Source: the human T2T-CHM13v2.0 reference genome, Homo sapiens. From it: 64,000 nt of DNA. Position numbers and translations under genes: made by a program. Below are positions 13,734-28,158 of the stretch, piece after piece; position 1 is the first letter of the stretch, and each line of letters begins with the position of its first letter. The notes under the pieces were generated by a model. It saw only the letters and a program-made list of their open reading frames with translations, did no database searches and was not told the DNA's origin. The stretch lies in the NCBI RefSeq assembly GCF_009914755.1, contig NC_060928.1. One strand, given 5' to 3'.

Positions 13734-16700
13734 ATGATTACAGGCCCAAATTCACACATAACAATATTAGCCTTAAATGTAAATGGGCTAAATGCCCCAA
13801 TTAAGACACTGGCAAATTAGATAAAGCATCAAGACCCATCGGTGTGTTGTATTCTGGAGACCCATCTAACGTGAAAAGACACACATTGGCTCAAAATAAA
13901 GGGATGGAGTAATATTTACCAAGCAAATGGAAAGCAAAAAAAAGCAGGGGTTGCAATCCTTGTCTCTGATAAAACAGACTTTAAACCAACAAAGATGAAA
14001 AAAGACAAAGAAGGGTATTACATAATGGTAAAGGGATCAATTAAAGAAGAAGAGCTAACTATCCTAAATACATATGCACCCAATACAGGAGCACCCAGAT
14101 TCATAAAACAAGTTCTTAGAGATCTATAAAGATATCTTCAAATCTTAGAGATCAACAAGAAGAGCTAACTATCCTAAATATATATGCACCCAATACAGGA
14201 GCACTCAGATTTATAAAACAAGTTCTTAGAGATCTACAAAGATACCTACAAATCTTAGAGATCAACAAGAAGAGCTAACTATCCTAAATATATATGCTCC
14301 CAAAACAGGAGCACCCAGATTCATAACACAAGTTCTTAGAGATCTATAAAGAGACTCACACTCCCACACAATAATAGTGGGAGACTTTGATACCCCACTG
14401 TCAATATTAGACAGATCAACAAGACAGAAAATTAACAAGGATACTCAGGACTTAGACTCAGCTCTGGATCAAGTGGGCCTAATAGACACCTACAGAACTC
14501 TGCATCCCAAATCAACAGAATATACATTTTTCTCAGTCCCACATGGCACTTATTCTAAAATTGACCACATAATTGGAAGAAAAACACTCCTTGGCAAACG
14601 CAAATGAATGGAAATCATAACGAACAGCCTCTCAGACCACAGTGCAATCAAATTAGAACTCAGGATTAAGAAACTCACTCAAAACCACACAACTACTTGG
14701 AAACTGAACAACCTGCTCCTGAATGACTACCGTATAAATAATGAAATTAAGGGAGAAAAAATAAGTTCTTTGAAACCAGTGATAACAAAGAGACAACATA
14801 TCAGAATCTCTGGGACACAGCTAAAGCAGTGTTAAGAGGGAAATTTATAGCACTAAATGCCCATATCAGAAAGCTGGAAAGATCTCAAGTTAACACCCTA
14901 ACATCACAATTAAAAGAACTAGAGAAGCAAGAGCCAACAAATGCAAAAGCTAGCAGAAGACAAGAAATAACTAAGATTGGAGCAGAACTGAAGGAGATAG
15001 AGACACGAAAAGCCCTTCAAAAAATCAGTGAATCCAGGAGCTGGTTTTTTTTGGGGGAAAGAAAAAGATAGACCACCAGCCAGACTAATGAAGATGAAAA
15101 GGGAGAGGAATCAAATAGACACAATAAAAAAATGATAAAGAGGCTATCACCACTGATGACACAGAAATAGAAACTACCATTAGAGAATACTATAAACACC
15201 TGTACCCAAATAAATTAGAAAATCTAGAAGAAATGGATAAATTCCTGGACACATACACCCTCCCAAGACTAAACCGGGAAGAAGTCAAATCCCTGAAGAG
15301 ACCAATAATCAGTTCTGAAATTGAGGGAGTAAATAATAGCCTACCAACCACAAAAAGCCCAGGACAGGACAGATTCACAGCCAAATTCTACCAGAGGTAC
15401 AAAGAAGAGCTGGTACCATTCCTTCTGAAACTATTACAAACAATAAAAAAAGAGGGACTCCTCCCTAACTCATTTTATGAGGCCAGCATCATCCTGTTAC
15501 CAAAATCTGGCAGAGACACAACAAGGAAAGAAAACTTCAGGCCAATATCCATGATGAACATCGATGAAAAATCCTCAATAAAATACTGGCAAATTGAATC
15601 CAGAAACACATCAAAAAGCTTACCCACCAAGATCAAGTCATCTTCATCCCTGGGAGGCAAGGCTGGTTCAACATACGCAAATCAATTAATGTAATACATC
15701 ACATAAACAGAAACAATGACAAAAACTACATGATTATCTGAATAGATGCAGAAAAGGCCTTCAATAAAATTCAACATCCCTTCATATTAAAAGCTCTCAA
15801 TAAACTAGGCATTGATGGAACATATCTCAAAATAATAAGAGCTATTTATGACAAATCCACAGCCAATATCATACTGAATGTGCAAAAGCTGGAAGCATTC
15901 CCTTTGAAAACTGGCACAAGACAAGGATGCCCTCTCTCACCACTCCTATTCAACATAGTATTGGAAGTTCTGGCTAGGGCAGTCAGACAAGAGAAAGAAA
16001 TAAAAGATATTCAAATAGGAAGAGAGGAAGTCAAATTGTCTCTGTTTGCAGATGACATAATTGTGTATTTAGAAAACCCCATCGTCTCAGCCCAAAACCT
16101 CCTTAAGCTGATAAAGAACTTCAGCAAAGTCTTAGGATACAAAATCGATCTGCAAAAATAACAAGCATTCTTATACGTCAATCATAGACAAACAGAGAGC
16201 CAAGTCATGAGTGAATTCCCGTTCATAATTGCTACAAAGAAAATAAAATACCTAGGAATATAACTTACAAGGGACATGAAGGACCTCTTCAAGGAGAACT
16301 ACAGACCACTGCTCAAGGAAATAAGAGAGGACACAGACAAATGGAAGAAAAATTCCATGCTCATGGAGGTTAAGGATCAATATGATGAAAATGGCCATAC
16401 TGCCCAAAGTAATTTATAGATTCAATGCTATTCCCATCAAGCTACCATTGACTTTCTTCACAGAATTAGAAAAACTACTTGAAATCTCATATGGAACCAA
16501 AAAAAGAGCCCATATAGCCAAGAAAATCTTAAGCAAAAAGAACGAAGCTGGAAGCATCATGCTGCCTGACTTCAAACTATACTACAAGGCTACAGTAACC
16601 AAAATAACATGGTACTGGTACCAAAACAGATATATAGACCAATGGAACAGAACAAAGACCTCAGCAATAACACCACACATCTATCTACAACCATCTGATC

Positions 16701-17770
16701 TTCAATAAACCTGACAAAAACAAGCAATGGGGAAAGGATTTCCTATTTAATAATAAATGGTGTTGGGAAAACTGGCTAGCCATATGCAGAAAACTGAAAC
16801 CAGACCCCTTCCTTACACCTTATACAAAAATTAACTCAAGATAAATTAAAGACTTACATGTAAAAGCATAAAAACCCTAGAAGAAAACCTAGGCAATACC
16901 ATTCAGGACATAGGCATGGGCAAAGTCTTTATGACTAAAACACCAAAAGCAATGGCAACAGAAGCCAAAATTGACAAATGGGATCTAATTAAACTAAAGA
17001 GCTTCTGTGCAGCAAAAGAAACTAGCATCAGAGTGAAAAGGCAACCTACAGAATGGGAGAAAATTTTTGCAGTCTACCCATCTGACAAAAGTCTAATATC
17101 CAGAATCTACAAAGACTGAAACAAATTTACAAGAAAAAAACAACCCCATCAACAAGTGGGCAAAGGATATGAACAGACACTTCTCAAAAGAAGACACTTA
17201 TGCGGCCAACAAGCATATGAAAAAAAGCTCAACATTACTGATCATTAGAGAAATGCAAATCAAAACCACAACGAGACACCATCTCACACCAGTCAGAATG
17301 GCAATTATTAAAAAGTCCTGAAACAATAGATGCTGGTGAGGCTGTGGAGAAATAGGAATGCCTCTACACTGTTGGTGGGACTGTAAATTAGTTCAACCAT
17401 TATGGAAGATAGTATGGTGATTCCTCAAGGATCTAGAAGCAGAAATACCATTTGACCCAGCAACCCCATTACTGGGAATATACCCAAAGGATTATAAATC
17501 ATCCTACTATAAAGACACATGCACACATATGTTTACTGCAGCATCATTTACAATAGCAAACACTTGGAACCAACCCAAATGCCCATCAATGATAGACTGG
17601 ATAAAGAAAATGTGGCACATATACATCACGGAATACTATGCAGCCATAAAAAAGGATGAGCTCATGTCCTTTGCAGGGACATGGATGAAGCTGGAAACCA
17701 TCATTCTCAGCACACTAACACAGGAACAGAAAACCAAACACTGCGTGTTCTCACTCATAAGTGGGACTGA
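13734..17770 (+). pseudogene. L1 ORF2p (endonuclease/reverse transcriptase) remnant, frameshifted
   Basis: ORF fragments [49 protein letters not shown] lie in several frames. Confidence 0.93.
14046..14352 (+). repeat. 110-bp tandem triplication inside the L1 EN domain
   Basis: agagctaactatcctaaata at 14051, 14161 and 14271. Confidence 0.95.
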
Positions 17771-17988
17771 ACAATGAGAACACATGGACACAGGGTGGGG
17801 AACATCACACACCAGGGCCTCTCAGGGACTGGGGGCAAGGGGAGGGAGAGCATTAGGACAAATACCTAAAGCACGCGGGGCTTAAAACTAGATGACGGGT
17901 TGACAGGTGCAGCAAACCACCATGGCACATGCATACCTATGTAACAAACCTGCACATTCTGCACATGTATCCCAGAACTTAAAGCAAA

Positions 17989-18027
<39 letters not shown>

Positions 18028-18139
18028 AAAATGGGGGAAGAAAAATAGAGGAGAGAGGGAGGTTATCCATCTATGCATCTGTTTTTTCATAACACCAAGT
18101 ACTTCCATTTCTATGTGCTAAATATATGATATTTATTAA

Positions 18140-18427
18140 AAATTGAATTGCCATTGTAATGATATTAGGAGGTGGGACCTTTGGGAGGTGATTAGGCCAT
18201 GGCTCCACCCTCATGGATGGGACTGGTAGAGTCTGGCCCCCTCTTGCCTTCTCTTACCCTCTCCTTGCCCTTCTACTCTTCTGCCATGTGAGGAACAGTG
18301 TTCCCCCCCTCTAAAGCATGCAGTGTGCAAAGTGTCATCTTGGAATCAGAATTGCCAAATCTGCTGGCACCTTGGACCTTCCAGCCTCCAGAACCATAAA
18401 TAATAAATTTCTATTCTTTATAAATTG
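18140..18427 (+). mobile_element. MST (MSTC/D-like) MaLR LTR fragment
   Basis: ggaggtgggacctttgggaggtgattaggccat...cttccagcctccagaacc...aataaatttctattctttataaatt. Confidence 0.75.
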
Positions 18428-20344
18428 AAAAAATATAAAAGAAGCATTTCAACTCCTTGGAAATATGCTACCTCCATTGTTTTTGGTTGGTGACATGCAG
18501 ATTTGCTCTGTCTTTTATCTTGTGCTTTTTTTCTCTTCTTTCAGTCATTATATTAAAAAGGAAGGCACTTAGTTCTACTTAACTCTGTTGAACGCTCTGT
18601 CCACTAACAGCTGAATGTCTCAACAACTACACAGCATTAGGATCTTGGCGGCTCCCGTGTCAACTTCCAGCGCTCTAAACAGTCCCCTGCCCTGTGCAAT
18701 GAGCATCATCAAAAAGACCTACCAAGAGAAGCAAAAACAAAGCAAAGCCTTTTCTCTGAATACACTAATTTAATGTATTCATGTGAAAGTGCTTCATATC
18801 ATACAATTTTAAGGCCAAAGAGAAAGAACGTAGCAAAAAGTTCTTTAAATTTTTTGTGTGTGTATGAATAGTTAGCTAAGAATCCTAGTTGAATCTCTGA
18901 GAGTTAGCACACAAATGCACAGACGCTCGTACTCTGAATATGGTTGTATTTTAACAAAAGATAATCACATATTTCTTAAGTAAAAACATGAGTTCAATAT
19001 CTGAATTCGGCACGATGGGGATGGGAGAACAGAGGCAAATGAATGTGGTTAATTATGCCAGTTACCCTGAATGGATACTGCAGTCACTTTCCTGGCAGCA
19101 GTAGGCAGCAGGGAAGTGTTAGAGCTGCTGAGTCCCCGCAGCAGCTGGAGAAGCTGGAAAAGCGAGAGGTGCTAAAGATGTTTCTGGACTGGAAGAGGGC
19201 GGATTCCGTACTTTCTAACTGCACCCTGTTTTCACACTGGTGAAGACGACTCTGTCCTCAGCACTCAGCAGTACACTGTGTGGTCCAGAGGCTGCCATTC
19301 ACAGTTGTTGGGAAGACGTAAAAGCATGCAGTGAGGCCTCCCAATACAGTATCGTGTGTTGTTCTCTTAAGCCTTTCCACTTCCAGGTAACCTACTTTCT
19401 CTTTGCAGAGGTTGCTGAAGTCAAAAGCAGCTCACTCCCAGTTCACTGAGCTTGAGTTCCGGCTGCAACTTGGCCTTGAGATTTTTGAAACGTTGATATG
19501 GAAGATAAAGAAAAACGCAGATTCCTGTCTTCTAAGGAACAAAGGCTGGAAGACAGTTCTGCAGATTCTGCCTTTGAGGGATTAGAGGGATGTGCCCAGG
19601 ACCAGATCTTCAGTTATGCAAATATACCTTAGAGACCACAGTAAGAAAGACATCGCTCTGAAATGCTCTGGTCCCAAGGAAAATATTGCTCTATATAATA
19701 ATGGAAAACGTTGTCTGTGTATCATGCTGAGCTGCATTTTATTTTGTACCCTTGAGAGAGCTTTTATTTTCTTATAAATAAGGATTGGTCTTGTTCTGGG
19801 TCTGAAAACTGTTGTGTATTTTTGAGATGTCTATTTTTCTTTTCAGTTGCCTGTAAGAGATTGGGAGCCGAGGGCCTGAGGGTGAAGCCTCGTTTGTGCA
19901 GGTGACTGTGGGACTCTGGTGTAAGTAACGCTGGGCCCACCCTGGTAATGAAGGAAGACCCAGGCCCAGGCAGGGGCGGTGTCACAGGCACAGGGGCTCG
20001 CACCCTGGGCACTGACGGTGGCTGTCGCACCAGGGCCGCTCCTTGCAGAAACCTCACTGAGCCTGTGCCTGTTGAGTAGCTTCATGAGGAGCGGATATCA
20101 GGCAGAGAAAGCCCGGGCAAGAGAGTGACACACGGGGCTTCTGCCCAGAACACGTGCGCCCACAATCCCGGGAGCTGTACAAATCCCAAGCGGGGAAGCG
20201 GAGGCCTCGACAGTTCATGATGCGGACATGAATGGGAATGCGGCCGCTTGCCACACCTCCTTCTTCATTTGGGGAAATGCTTGAAGGTTTGTTTTGTGAA
20301 TGCTAGGTTAAGGTTTGGAAGTTTATTTTAAAAATTGACATCAG

Positions 20345-20638
<294 letters not shown>

Positions 20639-20652
20639 GAAAATTGACCTCA

Positions 20653-20944
20653 GGCAGGGTGTAGTGGCGCACGCCTGTAATCGCAGCACTTTAGAGGCTA
20701 AGGAGAGAGCCCAGAAGCTCGAGACCAGCCTGGGCAACATAGTGAGACCCCCATCTCTAAAAATAATTTTTTAAAAATTAATCAGGCATGGCGGTACAGG
20801 CCTGTAGTTCCAGCTACCTCAGAGGCTGAGGCGGGAGAATCACTTGAGACTAGGAGGTTGAGCCTGCTGTGAGCCGGACGGTGCTACTGCACTCCAGCCT
20901 GGGTGGCAGAATGGACCCTGATTAAAAAACAAACAAACAAAAAA
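20653..20944 (+). mobile_element. AluJ directly downstream of the AluY
   Basis: cctgggcaacatagtgagacccc J-type, diverged. Confidence 0.88.
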
Positions 20945-22506
20945 GATGTATCAACATTAGCCACTCAGACATTGTTTTAAAATAGTTTAATCTTCTATTT
21001 GAGTTACAACCTGAGGTAACTCCCAATGAAGGAGATAAATTATATAGAAATTAAAGAATTTAGGGGAAGACTCTGTAAAAATGTGAAAGAATGGAAATCA
21101 GGGTGCTTCGGTGGGGGAACGGTCCATGTGACAAATGGAATGCCTGGAACCGGGAGGGCGCTGCGTGAGGACAGAGCTGCACTAAGTATAAATCCATTTA
21201 TAATCTGTGGTCTGAGACCAGTGAGAAATTTACATCCTCCATTAGGTTTTGAGAAAGGCTCACAGATTTTCCCTAAAAACAAATGTAATAAAAAGATAAG
21301 AAGTCACCAATCCCCTGTAAACCTTGTCATGTTTCAAGTGAAAACGTAGCCCAAAGTCAGAGGCATGGACATTGTCCCCAGAGAGATGGCCCAGGCAGGG
21401 GGCACGTGGGTGCTGACGCTTATGGCAGTTGAGATCTGGATGGGCTATTGGAAAGAGATTGCCTTGCTGTAGCAAATCCCTGCCAGCCATAATTTAAAGG
21501 GACAGAAGTCATTAGTCTGCAATGTCGCTGTCTTTGTACCAATAAAACTTGTATTTGCCTTTCTTTGCAAGCCTCATTGCTCTGTAACTCAATGTCAGCA
21601 GTGAGTGAGACCTGTCTCAGAAACAGTGACAACTGCAAATTTCAGCAGCATTAATGTTATACACGTGCATCTGGTCTTCTGAAGGTTAAGTAAGTTGGGC
21701 TGTTTTCCAAGCTGCACCTTTATTCTCAGTTCTGCCAGGGAAGGAAAAAATACTGCTGATCTTCTATGGTCCAGAAAGTTTGTACCATTTGTTTTCTAAT
21801 AAAAGCAACAATAAACTTAACTCAAAAGGGAAATTGAAGTTCTAGCCTCTTGTTTAACTGAATCAATTGTTTGAAATTTAATCACAAAGCAATTGGGCAA
21901 GTTTTTCTCTGATTTGTTTGGACGTAATCTAGCAATCTGCTGCTAAATCCTTGTTCTTTGGAAAAGAGGTAAATTCGGCTTGGAGCACCCTCCTTACAGC
22001 CTGCGTGCGTCTAAAGCTCTCGTCATAATTTATGTGAATTACCACACATTTACGTTTTCATGGACCATTTTGCCTGACCACTTTGTTCTTTATTAGTAGT
22101 AATATACAGGATCTAGCAATCACTTTTTAATATCTGAATATTTGCATAAAATCTCACTCTCGCCTCCTGTGGCTCATGAAAATGTTTCACACAAACCTTA
22201 ACAGGGCTCTTCCTAAGATGTCCTGAGACGCCGTCTAGGGAAATAAACAATTCTCACCTTGTTATTTATAGAATATGTCATATTAACTCAGTACTTAATC
22301 CTCTACAATTCTTTCTGTGCATGCAACGGAACCTAATCATCACGACTATGCTGTGAGGGAGGAATGGCCCCTTTATTGTACAGCTGAGGTGAATAAGGTT
22401 TAAGCCACACGCAGTTGAAGTCACTGCTTACAAATGCGTATCTAGTGGGGAAATTGGGGCTTGATGCCATTCGTTTGCCCTCCACGTTTTATGCTCTTTT
22501 TTCTGC

Positions 22507-22722
22507 ATGACTCTGCCTCTCATGTTATTATGGGTCTCACCCCTGCAGTATGTGGATAATTTGACTGTTTCAAGTGTGATGACTCTGCCTCTCATGTTAT
22601 TATGGGTCTCACCCCTGCAGTATGTGGATAATTTGACTGTTTCAAGTGTGATGACTCTGCCTCTCATGTTATTATGGGTCTCACCCCTGCAGTATGTGGA
22701 TAATCTGGCTATTTCAAGTGTG
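22507..22722. repeat. 72-bp minisatellite, 3 copies
   Basis: Unit atgactctgcctctcatg...ttcaagtgtg; copies 1 and 2 identical, copy 3 diverged at its end. Confidence 0.95.
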
Positions 22723-23175
22723 GTTCCTTAACTGTGACTGTAACTCCATTTCAGCTCCTATTAAGAGGTGAAAAATACTTCCCTGTCTCTTAACTTGGAT
22801 GGAGCTTGTGATTTCCTGTAATCAAATAATCTGTAATATTGCATGCCTTCTAAGCCCTGGACTCAGGATGCCTGTGGCTTCCAATATTATTTTCTTGGAA
22901 TGTTTCTGACACTGTGTGAAGAAGCCTAGAATGAAGACCACATGGAGAGAGACACCTAGCTGTCTCAGTCATTTCAGCCTTGAAACTTAGGCTCAGAAAT
23001 ATGAGAGCCGCCCACTCAGACCTTCACTTCCAGCCGTGCTGCCTGCAGCCTGTCCCACTGCAGTCAGCCCAGGGCAGGTGAGCAGAACAAATGCCCTGTT
23101 TACCTACAGAGTTAGCAGAAATAAAACATGGTGGTTTTGGTGCAGTTTGTTACACAGCAGTAAATAACCGATGCA
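22694..23175 (+). mobile_element. MLT1 (F/G/H-like) MaLR LTR
   Basis: gaccacatggagaga...aataaaacatggtggttttgg...gtttgttacacagcagtaaataaccgatgca. Confidence 0.65.
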
Positions 23176-23387
23176 GCAAGCATTATTAGAAATCACTGCA
23201 CGAATGCATAGGCATGTTTAAAATTCATTACGTTAAGAGCAAAAAAAAGTATCTCATCATGATGCAAAGGAAAGTAACAGTAGGAAGGGTTATTTCCTAG
23301 GTCCAAGTGTTATTATTTTTATTTCCTGAATTCACTATGAGGCATATTGTGGGTCAAAGTTTTAATAAGATTAAAAACAATATAGTA

Positions 23388-23700
23388 GGCTGGATGTGGT
23401 GGCTCACACCTGTAATGCCAGCACTTTGGGAAGCTGAGGTAGGCAGATTGCTTGAGCCCAGGAGTTGAAGACTAGCCTGGTCAACATGGAGAAACACCAT
23501 CCCTACAAAAAATACAAAAATTAGCCTGGTGTGGTGGTGTGCACCTGTAGTCCAGCTACTCTGGAAGTTGAGGCTGGAGATGGCTTGAACCCAGGAAGTC
23601 GAGGCTGCAGTCAGATGAGATAGCTCCACTGCACTCCATCCTGGGTTACAGAGTGAGACCCTGTCTCCAATAATGATAATAATAATGATAATAATAATAT
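23388..23700 (+). mobile_element. AluJ
   Basis: Dimeric Alu with (AAT)n tail. Confidence 0.9.
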
Positions 23701-23722
23701 ATTAGTCCATTATTAAAAATCA

Positions 23723-24098
<376 letters not shown>

Positions 24099-24234
24099 TT
24101 ATTAATTTTTATTAGAACTTATAATAGCCATTCTATTGGATTGAACAGCACACATTTTTAAAAAATATATTAAAAATAATAAAGCAGTTGGAAAGTGAAG
24201 CAAGTTGTTTTCCAGCAAGCCCCAGCTTTGTGCT

Positions 24235-24400
24235 TTCAGAATGAGCTTGAGGTCAGTCAGACTTGGGTTCAAATCATGGCTCAGCCGCTCACTGGCTTTT
24301 TGATGTTTGGCAAATTGCTTAACCTCTCTGAGGCTTGATTCCCTCAAGTGTAAATTCCTTAGCATAGCTCCAAATTAATGATGAGATTCATTTGTATTTA
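24235..24400 (+). mobile_element. MIR
   Basis: cagacttgggttcaaatc...ggcaaattgcttaacctctctgaggct core. Confidence 0.75.
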
Positions 24401-24457
24401 ATGTTTCCCTTATTTTAGAACATCCCATGCCTATGTTTCAAAAATAAAATAGTGCTT

Positions 24458-24944
<487 letters not shown>

Positions 24945-25259
24945 CTACTCTGTTACTGCCTTATGACCTTGCTTATATGACTCAGGTCTTTTAATATGTG
25001 TTACAATTATGAAAAGAGCTTAGTACCTTGAATATCTAGGAAAAAATAATCTGAATTTTAAAAATCGAATCAGGGATAATGGCAATATTTCAGAAGTAGT
25101 GAGATGTGATGTGATGACGGCAAGAACTAGGAAGATATCTTAGGATATCAAAAGGCATGTTTTAGAAAAAAAGCAGGCAGGTTCCAAATGGCTGTCTAAT
25201 ATACCCTGGCTATGGCTTTGTGGATTCAGTGGTGACCCAGTGCAGATCACAGGCCAGGG

Positions 25260-25428
25260 CAGAGAGGACTACCTCTAGCCCAGCTGAGCACTTTGCAAAA
25301 ATCTCAGAGAATGAAGGTTCTAAAGACAGATATTCTCATTCGCTAGCCTGGGTTTGGGATGAAATCTGTATTTTCAAAAGTGTCCCAGATAATTCTTTGT
25401 ATAGCCAAGCTGGAAACCAATGGTCTAA
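25260..25428. mobile_element. MER5-like hAT DNA transposon remnant
   Basis: gaaatctgtattttcaaaagtgtcccagataattct...gaaaccaatggtcta resembles a MER5A end. Confidence 0.45.
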
Positions 25429-25578
25429 TTGGCCATGTCCAACGAACGAATAGAAAATCTTTTTAATAGATATTAAAATGTATTATACCCTAAGTAAAAA
25501 AGAAACCCATTTATAATTCTCCATTTAAAAGAAAGGGTTCCAATAATATAGATTAAAAAAAGTGTCACATGGTTTTAA

Positions 25579-25627
<49 letters not shown>
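25579..25627. repeat. Compound (CA)n(TA)n microsatellite derived from an Alu tail
   Basis: Seen directly; abuts the reverse Alu. Confidence 0.95.
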
Positions 25628-25631
<4 letters not shown>

Positions 25632-25912
25632 TGAGATGGAGTCTTGCTCTGTCACCCAGGCTGGAGTGCAGTGGTGTGACCTCAGCTCACTGCAACCTCC
25701 ACCTCCTGAGTTCAAGCTATTATCCTGACTTAGCCTCCTGAGTAGCTGGTATTACAGGTGCGCACCACCACGTCCAGCTAATTTTTGTATTTTTAGTAAA
25801 GACAGGGTTCCACCATGTTGGTCAGGTTGGTCTCTAACTCATGACCACATGATCCACCCACCTCGGCCTCCCAAAGTGCTGGGATTACAGGTGTCAGCCA
25901 CCACGCCTGGCC
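25628..25912 (-). mobile_element. AluS (Sc/Sg-like)
   Basis: Reverse Alu; TSD about C(A/G)CATGGTT. Confidence 0.93.
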
Positions 25913-27292
25913 CGCATGGTTATATTTTTATATTCTTCTCTAGTTTGAAACAATGTACCTTGTGCAAAATATCTTCTGTTGATTATTATTTGTAAGCTGC
26001 ATTTTAAGTTTACAAAGTAACTCTACATGCGTTCTTTCCTGCGGCCTTCACAGCAGCTCTTAGACAGTGGGAGTAGCAATGCCTCACACCTGCCTAGTCT
26101 TATGCATCTTGTAATGCACCCTTACTTCCTTTCTCCATATAAAACTTACATGTGGCATTCATTCTCTCAGAACTGAAATATCCACTGCTTGGAGTTCTCA
26201 AAATATATGGTGTTGAATTCCACTTTTGTGCTTTTTCGTATGTCGGCCCCTCTGCTGAGAATTTCATTCCTGGACTTTTATGCGAATTTTATTCACATAA
26301 ACGAAGGTCTCTGCTCTGTTTGCGTTCCTGGTTGGATTGATCAGCAGGACAGGCAGGGAGCCAAGCCCTCAACACTGCTATGGCCTCCCACATCTCTGAG
26401 GTACATCGATAGTTCCCAAGTGCAGAGACAATCCTCACTGCCCTTCCCTGCCCTCTTAGGGGATTTGTTTTTTGCACAGAACATATAACAAAGGAAAGAA
26501 CCCAGCTTCGACTTTGCATAGAATTCCGTTTTCAAAGCTCTGTTGTCCATTTTCCTCTGCATCAGCAATCCTCACACCTGTTTTCTTAACCTCATCATAA
26601 CCTCAACATACACAAAAGATGGCCTTAGCACAGGGGCGAACCTCTTCCGAATTTCCTAGGTTTGGGCATGATCCTCTCGCTGCTTCCTCAGACTCTTCCC
26701 TTTCCTCTTCCTCTACCCTCCCCCCACCACCCAAAATGTTGTAATGCTAGTGACTGTGAATTACTTCATAGTCATTTTCATACCTTTGCATGTCTGTAAT
26801 TAATAATTAAAAAATAAAGTGTTTGCAAATTTTAGCACTTTAAATAGTATTAGTGACAAATGGCTGGTCACGTCATTATTGCGTGTCACGAGTCAGGACC
26901 CCCCAGGGTGGAATGCCAGCCTCCTGCCCTCTGCCACCCTTTGCTGCAGATGAGGCAAGCCTGCTCACTCCGCAGGCTTCCGCTGGGGCTATCGGCTCAG
27001 TGGCTGTGGAGCATGTCTGTCACGCGTGCTGTACAGTTAGGCCAACGATTAGTGATGAAGGTGACAAATAGACACTTTTTGCCGTGCACTGAGGGGGTCA
27101 CTGTTAGTACCACCTAGACAGGAATGTCTAAAGATGCTGTCAATGCAACCAGCAAATGTCGAATATATTTTTCTCGAAGACAAAACAGTCTAATCTCATG
27201 TAAGAAGAGTCCATTCATTCGCCTTGTTAACATGTCTTAGTCCTATACTAGAGAAAGCATAACCTGATGTCATTAATTGAAGGATGAGACTC

Positions 27293-28158
27293 TGTGGTTA
27301 TCGTGATAATAAGTATATGTCTGGTCTCTGCCCCTGGTTCCTGGCACATGGCTCTTAAAACCCTTGGAATCTCCAGAGACACAACAGTGTCCTTTGTATG
27401 CTAACGAGATGACTGGTGGTTAAGGATCCCTAACTAACATCAAGATGGGGCACAGTCACCAGAAAGACCAAGGACTGATTAGTGGTCGGGATTTTCAGCC
27501 CCGCCCCCAACCTCCAGGTGAGAAAGAGGGCTGAAAGTTGACTTGGTCACCAGTGGGCAATGATACAATCAATCATGCCTATGTAATGAAGTCTCCATAA
27601 AACCCCAGAGGACTGAGTTCAGAGAGCTTCTGAACAGCTGCACGCAGGGAAGCGTCTGAAGGGTGCTGTACTCAGAGAGAACACAGAAGCTCCACACCTC
27701 CTCCCGAGTACCTTGCCTATGCATTTTCCCATCACACTGTTCTGCAGACTTTGTAATATCCTTTGCAATAAACTGGTAAACATCAGTAATGTGTTTCCCC
27801 GAATTCTGTGAGCTGTCCTAGCAAATTAATCGAACCAAAGAGGGGATTGTGGAGACCCCAATTTACAGCCACTCAGTCAGAAGCACAGATCACAACCAGG
27901 CGCTTACAACTGTCATTTGAAGTGGGAGACAGTCTTGGGGACTGAGCCCTCCACCTGTGGGATCTGAGGCTACTTTCAGGTAAATAGTGTCAGCATTGAG
28001 TTACATTGTAGGACACCCTGCCGATGTCTGCTGGAGAATTAACTGATTGGTTGTTAATGGGGAAAAATTCATACATTCCTTTTGGTGACCAGACATGAAG
28101 TATTCAGTGTTGCAGGTTGAGCGTAAGTATAGAAAAAATAGTTTGGTTTTCTCTTATA
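27293..28158 (+). mobile_element. MER21-family LTR
   Basis: tggtctctgcccctggttcctggcacatggctcttaaaacccttggaatctcc; AATAAA near 27767; flanking ACTC duplication. Confidence 0.82.

Larger units (their letters stand above)
11314..18030 (+). mobile_element. Full-length decayed LINE-1, L1PA7-like
   Basis: 5'UTR ggggaggggccaagatggtggaatag, ORF1, ORF2, L1PA7-type 3'UTR (gcggggcttaaaactagatgacggg), (TAAA)n tail; TSD ambiguous. Confidence 0.93.

Noticed and set aside
11314-18030. Possibility of an active L1
   Set aside because: ORF1 and ORF2 have many stops and frameshifts, and the 5'UTR CpGs are decayed.
22428-22731. Repeat-peptide ORFs on both strands; CRISPR-like or repeat-array interpretation
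   Set aside because: Head-to-tail 72-bp minisatellite without spacers; the open frames follow from a unit length divisible by 3.
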